From: Octopus sinensis
Taxonomy: Eukaryota
DNA length: 64,000 nucleotides
Direction of reading: 5' to 3'
Assembly (NCBI RefSeq): GCF_006345805.1
Contig: NC_043022.1
Location: 25,296,001 to 25,360,000, forward strand
Positions 37,356-49,765 of this stretch are shown piece after piece. The notes beneath the pieces are model-generated. The model was not told the origin of the DNA. It worked only from the letters and a program-made list of their open reading frames with translations, and did no database searches. The position numbers were made by a program, and so were the translations under genes. How positions within the stretch are numbered: the first letter of the stretch is position 1; each line of letters opens with the position of its first letter.

Positions 37356-37489
37356 AGAAAATTATATACAAGTATAATCTCATTGAATTTTTGAACCAAA
37401 TAAGTTATGTGGTACATAATTCAAAATACCAATTACATGATGTTTCTACATAATTTTCTAATATTGATTTTCCAATTTTGGCACAAGGC

Positions 37490-37682
37490 CAGCAACTTTG
37501 AGGGGGGGGGAAGTCGATTACATCGGCCCCTGTACTCAACTGGTACCTTATTTTATCGACTCCGAAAGAGATGAAAAGCAGAGTCGACCACGGCGGAATT
37601 TGGATTCAGAACGTAAAGACAGACGAAACGCCGCTAAGAATTTTGTCCGGCGTGCTGACGATTCTGCCAGCTCACTGCCTTA
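37490..37682 (-). mobile_element. SINE family A
   Basis: Reverse copy ending cagctcactgcc. Confidence 0.8.
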
Positions 37683-37696
37683 AATAATTCTCTAAT

Positions 37697-38011
37697 CACT
37701 GTGATCATCGTGACGAACTAGGCTATCTGATGTTGCTACACATCGCTGGTCATAATGCGCTTCGCATTGTTTTAGCCTTCAAATGACGTCACCCCGCCGG
37801 CTACGCGAGCAGGCCAACAGAAGAAAGATTGAGAGAAAGTTGTGGCGAAAGAGTACACCAGGGATCGCCACCACCCCCTGCCGGAGCCTCGTGGAGCTTT
37901 GGTTTTTTTTTTTCGCTCAATAAGCACTCACAACGCCCGGTCTGGGAATCGAAACTGCGATCCTACAACCGCGAGTCCGCTGCCCTAACCACTGGGCCAT
38001 TGCGCCTCCAC
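37697..38011 (-). mobile_element. SINE family C, tail type 2
   Basis: Same head, different 3' half; TSD aattctct(a/g)at. Confidence 0.85.
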
Positions 38012-39118
38012 CAATTCTCTGATATTGATAAAAAAAAATTAAATTCATTCTATGCCAAACGAAAGAAAAAAGGAGAGGAATAATACTGCAACGCTGCAAA
38101 CAAACAGCACACTGGACAGGGAAGATTTTAAGGTGACCAGAGGGTTCGAATGGCCTTAACTCTACTCTACATAATAGTTGGCTGCTTATTTAAGGGAATT
38201 TGGGTCCCATAAAAGCGAACAATCAAAGGAGGGTAGAACAAGGGCATTATCACTGAAATATCATTTTGTGGATTTGAGGATTATATACAATAAAGTGACC
38301 TTTAGTTCTTGTACTATTGCGGTGGGTGATTCATTATCTCCACCGGTTGTGACGGGAACTGGATATACTTGAGTCCCTTGGTTAGCTCTTGGCAATGAAG
38401 AACGGTGATATTTCACGAGTTGAGAATTGTCTATTGCTACTTTATATTGCGTTGCCGCCTTGGGACCAGCAATCTACATAATTTATTGCTATTGTCCCTT
38501 TAAACTCTCGAGACTGAAAACCCCTAATAGGCTTTTACCGGCGCATGTGTAGCAGTTTGTATTTCTCTGAGTTTTAAGATGGTGTTCCATAAATGACTTT
38601 CACTGATACATGTGTCTAGAGACAGTTTTAAAACCTCTTTTAAGTCCTCTGGAAAATATGTTTCTGGTATTGTTTTGGTGTTATGAGAACTCGTATGTCT
38701 ATGATAGCCATCCGACCACCTACCACGAATGTTATGTCAGCACGGACAGCCTGCCCATTTTGTTCCACTAAAAGGCCAAGGACCACTGTCAGCAACATTG
38801 CCGTTAACAGTGATTTTCGTATTTCTCCTTTCGAAATATAGTGGAACCAGCTAATGGTCAGGTGTTTCTCGAACACCGTGTTCTCTGTTTTGTAGATGAC
38901 GTAGGTGATGTCACACACCCTAACCCTCTCCCAATAAAAGTTTTATTCAACATCGTGTCAGGGATGTCTCAAATTTTCCTTTGATGGAACAATGAGCATT
39001 ACCGTGAATCTTGGGCGATAACTCTACATTACTTACTTCCGTGCAATTCTGTGATACGATGTGGCAATACTGCACCCGTCTCCTAAATAAATGACTGTGA
39101 AACGTTAGTAGCAATCTC

Positions 39119-39523
39119 GGATCTTTTCGGTTTGAACGGCAGTTTGTTTTAGCGGTGTCATATGAAATTGTCACCCATAATTATGACCCTAGTATCGATC
39201 TATTGCATTTCAATCTGTTTTAGGTTTAGAGTTAGGATTAGGGGTGGGGGGAAGGGTGTCTTTTTTCTTCACAAATGTAAATAAACGAGGAACATATTCA
39301 TACGGCACAGAATGTTTTTTTACCTCAATGGATGTCATTGATTGGTTGAAATTGCAGAAATTGAAGAAAAAAACCCAAATATCTTACAAACCATAGAATT
39401 TTCTCAATAAAGCCAAGAGAAAAAAATGTTTTATAAACACATTCTACCAGTATACGAAGTTTAAAAGTGTTTAGTTACGTGGAAATTGTTTTAAAAAAAT
39501 TTCCGGTCAAACCGAAAAGATCC
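39119..39523 (-). mobile_element. Merlin-like MITE
   Basis: Same TIRs; 8-bp TSD gcaatctc. Confidence 0.9.
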
Positions 39524-39611
39524 GCAATCTCTCCAGTGTCCACCTTGATTCTGAATATCAACCATTGTTCTGCATACATCGGCCAACTGTAGGCATATGC
39601 TACATATATTT

Positions 39612-39922
39612 TTTTTATGCGCCTTTTTCAAGCCTAGCCAGGCTCATGGGCCCGGTTTCCCGGTTTCTGTGGCGTATGTGTTCCCCCCAACTGCACGGGA
39701 CACCAATCCATCGCAGCGTTACCCAAGAAACAGGAAAAAAGAGTGAGGGAAAGTTGGGGTGAAAGAGTACAACAAGGAGTCGCCACCACACCCTGCCGGA
39801 GCCTCGAGGAGCTTTAGGTGTTTTCGCTCAATAAACACACACAACGCCCGTGATGGGAATCGAAACCGCGATCCTCCGATCGCGAGTCTGCTGCCCTAAC
39901 CACTTGGCCATTGCGCCTCCAC
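39612..39922 (-). mobile_element. SINE family C, tail type 3
   Basis: Same head; tail gctgcgatggattggtgtcccgtg...; TSD catatgcta. Confidence 0.85.
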
Positions 39923-40911
39923 ATATGCTATATAATGTCGACTTATAGATCTGTTTACTGTTGAAGGCATATTATACCTTCACCTGTCTCACGAACATAT
40001 TGCACACTTTGACACGCAGTATTAAATGGTAGATAGAGCAGTGCGATAGTTTGTTTGCACCTTTCATTTGACCGAATGTGTGAACGCGTACTAATGTTGT
40101 TCTTGTTATTGCTGTCAAAAGATGTTATTTGTTATGCGTTTTTTTATTGACTCGTGATTATTTTTTTCATATTCTACAATTTTACCATTTCTTTTTAGTG
40201 TACTTTGATGTTTTATTTTATTCTTTAGCTTGGTAAATGTTTCGCTTTGTAATTTCTTTTGAGGCTTTCTTTGAAGTGATTTTTTGACTTGTAGCCAGAC
40301 GATAAAATAGCAGTGGAAATACAGGGTGGGCCAAAAGTAACGCACAAAATAAGTTCAATATACTCCGGAATTGTCAGACATGCTTCAGCTTTTCTAAAAT
40401 TGAATGAAATAAATAAAATAACGATGAATACATACGTATATGTACATGCTCAACACCACAGGTTTGCTTGTCAGTTGTTTGACCATAACCAGTTGAGCAT
40501 ATCCTTTAGTGACTGACGATATGTGCATCTCTGATCACGAGCAGAAGTATTGGGGGTGCATCATAGCCATGTGTTGAGAGGAATTCTTTGGGGTTTGAAT
40601 AATTCACTCTTGGAAACATGGGTGTTTCATTCAACATCCTTAAACAACCCTCATTCAGGGACCTTTTGAGCGGGATGGGCTTCTCGACCTGAAGAAAATT
40701 CTAACTGGGTTCCACCTGCAAGGTCATGCACTGTTTATCTTGATACGAGATCACCATATCGCGCACATATGGTTGTGGTGCATGTACCTGGTGTACCTTT
40801 ATCAGACGGGTAGTCATGATGGGTATGTTGGGCTTCGTATATTTGTACTCCAGTATCACTTTGATGGCATGCACTGCTCTCTCACTCAATAATAATAATA
40901 ATAATAATGAT

Positions 40912-41195
40912 AATGTCATAAGAAGGGGATGTCAGGAACATCTAGATAAGATCCCAGGAGAATCATGTCTCAGAGAAATTCAAAAGATTGTGCTGACAAG
41001 TACTACCCACATCCTTAGAAAAACCCTATCCATTTAAATGTTTGTGTTGTATTACATGAAGATATTTCGCTACTGCCCTTGCCACTCCTCCTCCCAAGCT
41101 TTCAGTCATACTGTAACATCTCTTATCCTTCACTCGCCCCAAGACGCTGGGTGTGTCTCGGCAAGTGTTTGTAGCAAACATGCAGATTAAAAGTA
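40912..41195 (+). pseudogene. R4/Dong-type LINE extreme 3' end in (TAA)n
   Basis: EHLDKIPGESCLREIQKIVLTSTTHILRKTLSI*, 3'UTR, (taa)n on both sides. Confidence 0.75.
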
Positions 41196-41225
41196 AATAA
41201 TAATAATAATAATAATAATAATAAT

Positions 41226-41457
41226 CGATTCACTTCAACATTTAAGTTTAATTTGTCAAAATATTTTTGTCAGTGAACAGGTCGCGGTCTTAAAGCGACG
41301 AAAATATTTTGACAAATTAAACTTAAATGTTGAAGAGAATCGAACGGCTTTTGTGTGTTTCTTAAATGGCTTACAAACACTTTCCACGCTGCAATTGTTT
41401 TCGTTTCAGCACACGATCTCAGATCAAATCACTTGCTATGCAAGTACGTCTCCGTAA
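41226..41457 (+). mobile_element. Inverted-arm element with degenerate HHR
   Basis: ~46-bp arms 41226-41271 / 41297-41342; gtcgc-loop-gcgac GAAA aTATt ttgac; in (taa)n. Confidence 0.55.
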
Positions 41458-41782
41458 TAATAATAATGATAATAATAATAATAATAATTAACAATCGTGT
41501 GTGTTTATTTTAATTGCCTACTAATGTATACTGTACGTTTCTCTGCCCTAGGTGTCAGGAAGACACTCGGCAAATAATGGAAACAATGAAATGTTGATAA
41601 TGATAATAATAATAATAATAATAATGTAAAGGTATATCTGTCTGCCTGTCTATTAATCTGTTTGTCCACCTGTATATCTGTCTATCCATGTATGACTATG
41701 CATGGCTATTTGCAAAATTATTGCATACATATACTTGCATACATTTGTGTGTGTTTGTGTGTACGCGTGCGTACGTGTTTGT

Positions 41783-41818
<36 letters not shown>

Positions 41819-41936
41819 ACAGATATATCTATGTACATATATATTTACACACGATGGTGATTCGATAGTAATGTTGAACAGAAATCCAAGAGATTTTGGT
41901 GGTGATACTTGCCATAAAACGTAGTTTAATTGATTC

Positions 41937-41996
41937 AAAGTCCGAATATATCAAAGTTGAGCAATATATTGCTCAACTTTTATATATTCGAACTTT
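41937..41996. repeat. 60-bp palindrome
   Basis: aaagttgagcaata|tattgctcaacttt perfect 28-bp core. Confidence 0.85.
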
Positions 41997-42170
41997 ATAG
42001 AATATGCCGATGAACTTCTAAACACGTCATGCCATTACACCAATAAGCGCTTGTAAACAGCCGAAGAGCCACGTGGTTTTTTAATCAGAAACAAGGCTGC
42101 TCAATGAGAATATGGATATTATTACATTATTTACATTCGACGGTTATTTGTCTTCATCTTGTTTGTTGTT

Positions 42171-42216
42171 AACACAACGTTTCGGCTGATATACCCTCCG
42201 GCCTTCATCAGGTGTC
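42171..42216 (-). ncRNA. Minimal hammerhead ribozyme
   Basis: gacac CUGAUGA a ggccg..cagcc GAAA cGUU gtgtt. Confidence 0.8.
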
Positions 42217-42548
42217 TTGGAGAAATTTCGAACCTGGGTTCTCATTATTAAAGTATTTTTCGATGTTGTTGTTGTTGTTGTTATTATTATTCAGGTCACT
42301 GCTTGGAATCGAATTCAGAATCTTGGGTTTAGTAGCCCGCGCTCTTAACCCCTACGGCATATGCCGTAGTGGTTAAGAGCGCGGTTCCGAGTTCGATTCC
42401 AGGCAGTGACCTGAATAATAATGATGATAATGATAATAACAATAATGATGATAATGATAACAATAATGAGGAGGATGATGATGATGATGATAATAATAAC
42501 ATCGAAAAATACCTTAGGAATGAAAACCCAGATTCGAAATTTCTCCAA

Positions 42549-42594
42549 GACACCTGATGAAGGCTTGAGGGTATATCAGCCGAAACGTTGTGTT
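42549..42594 (+). ncRNA. Minimal hammerhead ribozyme
   Basis: gacac CUGAUGA a ggct..agcc GAAA cGUU gtgtt. Confidence 0.8.
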
Positions 42595-42744
42595 CACAAC
42601 AAACAAGATGAAGACAAATATCCGTCGAATGTAAATAATGTAAATAATTCCTCATCTCTTAAATATCGAACTGGATAATATGGATGTTCAATAAGCAACA
42701 ATTACTCGTTTCCTTGGAAGAATGGATGCACTTCTATACAAGTT

Positions 42745-42897
42745 TGGCTGTGTTGTAAGAAGCTTACTACTCAACCACATAGTTCCGGGTTCGCTCCCAC
42801 TGCGTGACACCTCGAGTAAGTGTCCTCTACTATAGCTTCCGGTCGACCAAAAGCCTTGTGAGTGGATTTGTCAGATGGAAACTGAAAGAAGTCCGTC

Positions 42898-42940
<43 letters not shown>

Positions 42941-43165
42941 TGTGTGTGTGATGTGTCTGTTTGTTCCCCACCACCGTTTGACCACTGGTGATGGTTTGTT
43001 TGTTTACGTAACCGTAACTTAGCGGTTCATCAAAAAGAGACCGATAGAATAAGTACCAAGTTTTTCAAAAAAGTACTGGGGTCGATACATTCGACTATAA
43101 ATTCTTCAGGGCGGTGCCCCAGCATGGCCGCAGTCTATGCCTGAATGAAGTAATAGATAAAAATA
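42745..43165 (+). mobile_element. SINE family B
   Basis: Diverged full copy. Confidence 0.8.
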
Positions 43166-43360
43166 TATCAACTTCCCTCTATTGTTCGTTTTGCACCAGA
43201 AGTGTTCATCTCTTCCGGTCTAAGTAGCTCTAGAATTCGAATTCGCTAAACAGCACGTACTTATTAGTGAAATATATGTTTAAAAATGGGAATTTGTTCC
43301 TTCATAGAAAAATAATACGTTTCAAATTCCAGCATCAATTAAAATGCGGTTTGTATAAAA

Positions 43361-43540
43361 CTAGTCGTATCCGTTGCTACGCTACCGGGTAACGATCTAA
43401 TCAAAGTGAAATAGATCCTTTAGCAGGATAACTACATATATAGTTATTTATTTGAAGTCTCTGTTGCGTTGTGTTGATAGACTTGCACTTAGAATTCCCG
43501 CGTTTTTAATGAAAACTTCTGTGTTACTATGGTGACAACA

Positions 43541-43573
<33 letters not shown>

Positions 43574-43823
43574 ATCCCCCCCTCTCTCTCTGTTTCTGTC
43601 TGACTGTCCCCTCTCGCCCTATCTCTTTCTCTCTCGCTCTTTCTCACTATATTTCTCTCTCAACAACTTTTCTCCTCCCTTCTTGCCTCCAAAATATACG
43701 TTGAAACTATAACGTGCCTCGTATGGTATGGCCAGTTGGGGTTATCTACCACTTTTGATTCCTCCCCTTCTCTATCTCTATCTACACACGCAGACAGAAA
43801 TCACCCTTTTTTATAAAATAAGA
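43361..43823 (-). mobile_element. Non-autonomous Helitron
   Basis: Minus strand TCttattttataaaa start; cccggtagcgtagcaacggatacgaCTAG end. Confidence 0.65.
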
Positions 43824-43837
43824 TTTAAAAAATTTTT

Positions 43838-43990
43838 GTTAGTTTCTGCGCGTGACCGTTTCTTCAGACGACCATGGCTGTCTGAAGAAGCAACTACACG
43901 TGGAAACTAGTGAGTAACGACAAATAACACTACCAAATGGACTGCCTCTGTAACCTGTATTGAGTCCTTCAGACTTCATCAATTTATTAC
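43838..43990. mobile_element. Head-to-head dimer with hammerhead cores
   Basis: Centre cca|tgg (43874/75); CUGAAGA...GAAA ct on both strands; plus copy GAAA cu-agug-ag UA acgac. Confidence 0.6.
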
Positions 43991-44317
43991 TACTAACATG
44001 TGCATATGTATATGCGCGTGTGTGTATATGTGTGAGTATGTATGCGTGTATATAAATATACATGTATGTACTTACGCTCGTGTTTGTGTGTGTGTGTGTA
44101 TGTGTTTACATCTAGGCAATGTAATAGCCTTCTTTGTTTCGCTACTGAATAGCAAATGAAAAAAAAAGGCCACCTCAATATACTCAGATAATATTATTTT
44201 CTTTGTAGTTTGCGGTGTTTTTGTTGTTGCTATTTTTAAAAAAATCATTTCTTCCGATACATCTCTTGATCCGCTGTAGCAGTTCCTGGAAAATCACAAT
44301 AATTATAGAGGTAGATC

Positions 44318-44361
<44 letters not shown>

Positions 44362-44739
44362 TCGTGTACATATATCGACATGTCATTTTCAATATATGTT
44401 GCATTCTGTTCATTTTTACTGCTAATCTATACCTAGCATTCGGTTTGTCACATATCAGTCTAGATATATAATTACAGTGTCATTTATACGCATACCTATC
44501 TCCATGTACACACACACACAAATATATATGGCTGTGTGTATGTGTGTGTTGGAGTTTGAGTGTTTGTATGTTATAACTACGTCTTTTTCTTTTTTTTTTT
44601 TTTACACTTTTCAGATCACGTGCTCTCTTGTGCAGAGAACGCGACACACGATTCTGCTTACCTCCCCTGCTAATGCGACAGTGAGTGTACGTTTAAAAAA
44701 ATCGATAATAATGACAATAATAATGTAACGTACGTGTGT

Positions 44740-45215
44740 GTGCGCGCGCGTGTATACACATAATTTCAGACAAGCTCAAACACACACGTATATGTATGTA
44801 TATATATATGTATATGTATGTGTGTGTTTGTGTGTATATATATATGTGTGTGTGTTGTGTTTTTGTGTGTATATATATATATGTATATATATGTGTGTTG
44901 TGTTTTTGTGTGTATATATATATATATATATTATATATATATATGTGCGTGTTTGTTGTGTATATATATGTATATATATATATGCGTGTGTGTCTGTGTG
45001 TATATATATATATATACATGTATGTGTGTGTGTTTGTGCGTATATATATATGTATATGCTTGTGTGTGTGTATATATATATGTATGTATATATATATATA
45101 TATGTATAAATATATGTATGTGTGTTTGTGTATATATATGTGTGTGTGTTTGTGTATATATATGTATATGTGTGTGTTTGTGGGTATGTATATGTATATG
45201 TATGTATGTACGTAT
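44740..45215. repeat. (TA/TG)n compound microsatellite
   Basis: Direct inspection. Confidence 0.95.
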
Positions 45216-45632
45216 CGATGCACACATGCAGTCACGCACGCACACAGACCCTCACACACATATAAGGAAGAACGATCTCTACCGTTTGAAGAAACTGGCG
45301 ATGATTTGCGTTGTCAAGTGCTAATTTTAACGTCGAGATTTCCTTTTGGAAACAAGTAGAAGGTGAAGTTATTTTTTTTTGTTGTCTCCTCTAGGCCTTA
45401 ATTTCTTCAGTTTCTCTATGTGAAATATTGATGGTATATATTCGTTATCTAGATAAAAAATAAATAAATAATAAATAAAAAAATGTCGAAATATTTTGTT
45501 CATGATTCTTAAGTGTTCTTTATACGAATAAAGAATAAAAATAAAATATTAAAAAAATTGTGTTAACTTGTAAAAATAAAAAAAAAATAAACAATATATA
45601 AATATATTTAGAAACGGATCCTGATTCAAATC

Positions 45633-45681
45633 TTACTACTACTAGTACTAGTACTACTACTACTACTACCACCACCACCAG

Positions 45682-45718
<37 letters not shown>

Positions 45719-46073
45719 GCTGCTGCTACTGCTGCTATTACTACTACTACTGCTGCTGCCGCCGCCGCCACCACCACCACTACTACTACCACTACTACCA
45801 CTACTACTACTACCACTACTACCACCACTACTACTACCACTACTACTACGACTACTGCTGCTGCCGCCGCCACCACCACGACTACTACCACTACTACCAC
45901 CACTACTACCACTACTACCACCACTACTACTACCACTATTACTACTACTGCTGCTGCCACCACCACCACTACTACCACTACTACCACCACTACTACTACC
46001 ACTACTACCACCACTACTACTACCACTACTACTACTACTACTGCTGCTGCCGCCACCACCACCACCACCACTA

Positions 46074-46120
<47 letters not shown>

Positions 46121-46125
46121 GCTGC
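45633..46125. repeat. (TAC/CAC/TGC)n trinucleotide block
   Basis: Direct inspection; similar block at 34750-35001. Confidence 0.95.
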
Positions 46126-46437
46126 TTTGTAAAAAAATTGTCTGGGAATCCAACTAGGTTACATAAATGAGTATTGGACTAGGCAAATCTACTCAAATCG
46201 AAGGAATGAAAACTAAAACCTTGGAACTGTAGATTTGATATAATCATCGAAATCAGAATGACAAAACCAAATCGGGATTCCAAAATGTCTTGAAGAATAA
46301 AAGGTAGGGGGAAAAACCCCACTTCATGATCGATATCCAGCAAAACTCGACATAGAGGAAGAAAGCTTAAGTGAATGATGCCAAAATTGGCTCAAATGCT
46401 AATGGCGAAATCAGAAAACGCATAGGAAAAATAAATA

Positions 46438-46578
46438 TTAGGTTGTCCCAAAAGTTCGTAAACACTTGCGAAAATTGAATTTTTATTCGCCAAGTACTAA
46501 CAAAAACAACAAAAATTATTCCTCAAAATAAAGACCTTTATTTTCCAAGACTTTCTACGAACTTTTGGGACAACCTTA
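46438..46578. mobile_element. Tc1/mariner-type MITE
   Basis: TA-flanked TIRs ttaggttgtcccaaaagttcgta / tacgaacttttgggacaacctta. Confidence 0.8.
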
Positions 46579-47401
46579 TAGATAAATAAATAAATAAAGG
46601 CCTGAAAAAGAGGTAAAAGTGGTATAGAGCAAGGAGCCCCCAGTTTCCTTGTCGTCGACCTATGATATTGAGGGGGGGGGTAGCGATTACTTTCGTCATT
46701 CTTTGAATTGCAACTGTAGTATTTTGGAAAAAAGTAGCTTTTGGGACGTCTTGCTGTTATTGTTGATGTCTCAGTTGCCCCTCCCCTCTACTTTTCTTCA
46801 CAGTTTCTTCTCTTAAGGGCAGAAAACCCTTATGTGGAAATTTATTGCCACTATCCTGTACAACCAAAGTAATGTCATTCATTTTAGATTTAGGGTGGAA
46901 TGTGGTCTTTGAGGACGGAAGTATCATCGGAAACTGTAATCTACATACAAAACCCACTCGACCGCTCGACCGAATATCGTTTTAGGTCATTCGGCAATTA
47001 TAATCATATCTTTACAGTATGTGAGACGAATAATTGCGAAGATCAAGGTAAAATATATCGGAGTCTACTTTTGACCCAGAATCTTCGCTACTTTTATGAC
47101 ATTGATGATCAACACAAACCTATAATGGCGACAATTTACCCCTCACACTGTGTGTGTGTGTGTATATATATGTATGTGTGTGTGCCCCACCACCTCTTGA
47201 CAACCGGTGTTGGTTTGTTTACGTCCTCGTAACCTAGCGCTTCAGCAACAAGAATTGATAGAATATGTACCAGGCTTAAAGAAAATCGGTACTGGGAACG
47301 ATGCATTCTGATTAAAAATTCTTCAAAGCGGTGCCCCAGCATGGCCGCAGCCTAATGACTGAAGCAAATAAAAGATTAAAAAGTACATATTATTGCTGTT
47401 T

Positions 47402-48182
47402 AAGGCGGCAAGCTGGCAGAAACGTTAGCACGCCGGGCGAAATGCTTAGCGGTATTTCGTCTGCCGCTACGTTCTGAGTTCAAATTCCGCCCAGGTCGAC
47501 TTTACCTTTCATCCTTTTGGGGTCGATTAAATAAGTACCAGTTACGCACTGGGGTCGATATAATCGACTTAATCCATTGATCTGTCCTTTCTGTGTTTAG
47601 CCGCTTGTAGGTGGTAAAGAAATAGAAATAGGTATTTCGTCTGCCGCGACGTTCTGAGTTCAAATTCCGCCGAGGTCGACTTTACCTTTCATCCTTTCGG
47701 GGTCGATTAAATAAGTACCAGTTACGCACTGGGTTCGATATAATCGACTTAACCCATTTGTCTGTCCTTGTTTGTCCCCTCTGTGTTTAGCCCCTTGTGG
47801 GCAATAAAGAAACAGGTATTTTGTCTGCCGCTACGTTCTGAGTTCAAATTCCGCCGAGGTCGACTTTACCTTTCTTCCTTTTGGGGTCGATTAAATAAAT
47901 ACCAGTTACGCACTGGGGTCGATGTAATCGACTTAATACCTATGTCTGTCCTTGTTTGTCCCCTCTGTGTTTCGCCCCTTGTGGGTAATTAAGAAATAGG
48001 TATTTTGTCTGCCGCTACGTTCTGAGTTCAAATTCCGACGAGGTCGACTTTGCCTTTCATCCTTTTACGGTCGATCAAATAAGTACCAGTTACGCACTGG
48101 GGTCGATGTAATCGACTTAACCCATTTGTCTGTCCTTGTTTGTCCCCTCTGTGTTTAGCCCCTTGTGGGCAATTAAGAAATA
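47402..48182 (+). mobile_element. Tandem array of 4 SINE-A units
   Basis: One full head, then three units restarting at ggtattt(c/t)gtctgccgc. Confidence 0.9.
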
Positions 48183-49631
48183 GCTATTATTATTACTACC
48201 GTTAAAAGCTTCCTCTCAAATCGTCTTTTGAACCAAATTCTACAGAAGCAACAGTTTTCTTTCAAAATATGTGTGCTCTGTTGTACAGTGCATTAATTAA
48301 TTTGCCGTCGTTTTTGTTTCTGGTTTGTTGTCATCTTTTTCATCCTAACCGCGTGTTGGCTCTAACGTTGATATTTTGTGTTGGTTGTAAGCAAGTTAAA
48401 TCATTAAAAACAAAAGAATGAAGAAAAAAAACCCCTTTGTTTTTGCGCCGAAAGTGGGCGAAGTAATTATAAGCATCTCAATTTTCTTTTCTAAGGGTTC
48501 TCTACGCGCAACCACACACACGTACGCACGCAAGCACGCACAACAAAAGAAACATTTCATTTTGAATAAAATCGCCCAAACAAATTCCCATTACAGGGGT
48601 TGGTGTATAATACATCGTGTTAAAAGAAGAACAATATCGACAACAAGAACAACAACAATCGTTTAATATAGACATAAAGACCCCCCCCCCGCAAAGAAAA
48701 GAAAAGAAATGAAAAGAAAATGGGGTTAGAGCTAGTCGATTAATTCAATCCCAATATGAATGGCCTCGAAGGACAAAAGTCAAATTTAACATCGTCGTGA
48801 TTTGAACTAATGTAAAGAAGGGATGTGACCAAATACCACGCGGTATTTTTAATCTGTTACTTCAAAATATTTAGTCCAAAATCAAATTTTATGGCTGGAT
48901 ATGCATTTGAGATTGACAAAAACGGAATTGTATAATGTCCCTATTGGATTAGTGAACTCAGTGTCTGAGCTGGAATTTATGGAAGTAATATAGCAAATGC
49001 ATAAATGCATGGCAAATAACGCAACAAACCAGAGATCAGAAGAATTAATTGGAATAAATTATGCATTTCTAGCCTCTATCGAAAATTCATTTTGGAGCTC
49101 TAACCTCTACAGATAACATTTTACATAATTTTCTTTGTTACACTAATTGCAAAATTTTTACAAGTAAATTATTCTGTATATTGTATGATATAATTAAGAA
49201 TAAATAAATGAATATAACGTGTCAAGTGAACTAACTAACGGGGGTTAATGGCATGAGCTTAGATTTATAAATTAAGGGATGGCGTATTGAATGAAGTACG
49301 TAAACATATTCTTAATTAATAATTGAAGTTTGCCTTTTAGCTGGGGGATGAAAGACAGAAACCTAGAGGTAGTTGTTAGCGAGCCTCAAAGAAAATAAAG
49401 AGCGGGTAACTTTGAGAAATTGAAGAAATATTTTCGCAAAAAATTAACTTATGGCGTAGGCGTGGCTGTGTGGCGAGAAGCTTGCTTCCAAACCATTTTA
49501 TCCTATATACAATCCCATTGCGCGGTACTTTGGGCAAGTGTCTTCCACTGTAGCTATCGGTCAACCAAACCTTTGTCAGTTGATTTGGTAGACGGAAACT
49601 GAAAGAAGCTCGACGTGTGTGTGTATATATA

Positions 49632-49765
49632 GGGAGAGTTTACTAAAAAAACAAAAGACGAAGGCAGGTGGTGTACAAAACAAACAGATGTATTAGTATA
49701 ACGCTCAGGAATAGAAAAAGTCTTTTACGTTTCGAGCCTACGCTCTTCTACAGAAAGGGACACAG
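49632..49765 (-). mobile_element. Solo Penelope pLTR with HHR (49721-49758)
   Basis: Homologous to 5577-5720; cttt CUGUAGA a gagc-gtag-gctc GAAA cGUA aaag. Confidence 0.85.

Larger units (their letters stand above)
38300..40060 (-). pseudogene. Degraded RLE-type (R2/NeSL-like) non-LTR remnant, interrupted
   Basis: HIVSQNC... and AVRADITFVVGGRMAIIDIRV resemble the zinc-finger and PD..D blocks. Confidence 0.35.
42121..42676. mobile_element. Head-to-head dimer of a tRNA-headed, hammerhead-tailed SINE
   Basis: Centre ctacggcat|atgccgtag (42360/61); A/B boxes; HHR in both arms; TSD aatatggat(a/g)tt at 42109-42120 and 42677-42688. Confidence 0.85.

Noticed and set aside
42290-42410. Functional tRNA gene
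   Set aside because: No acceptor stem or T-run terminator; plus copy lacks the anticodon arm; continues into a repeat body. The same applies to the other SINE heads
45520-46153. Poly-Val / poly-Ser-Gly ORFs (also 34491-35070 and 62952-63293)
   Set aside because: Trinucleotide microsatellites open in several frames; no gene context
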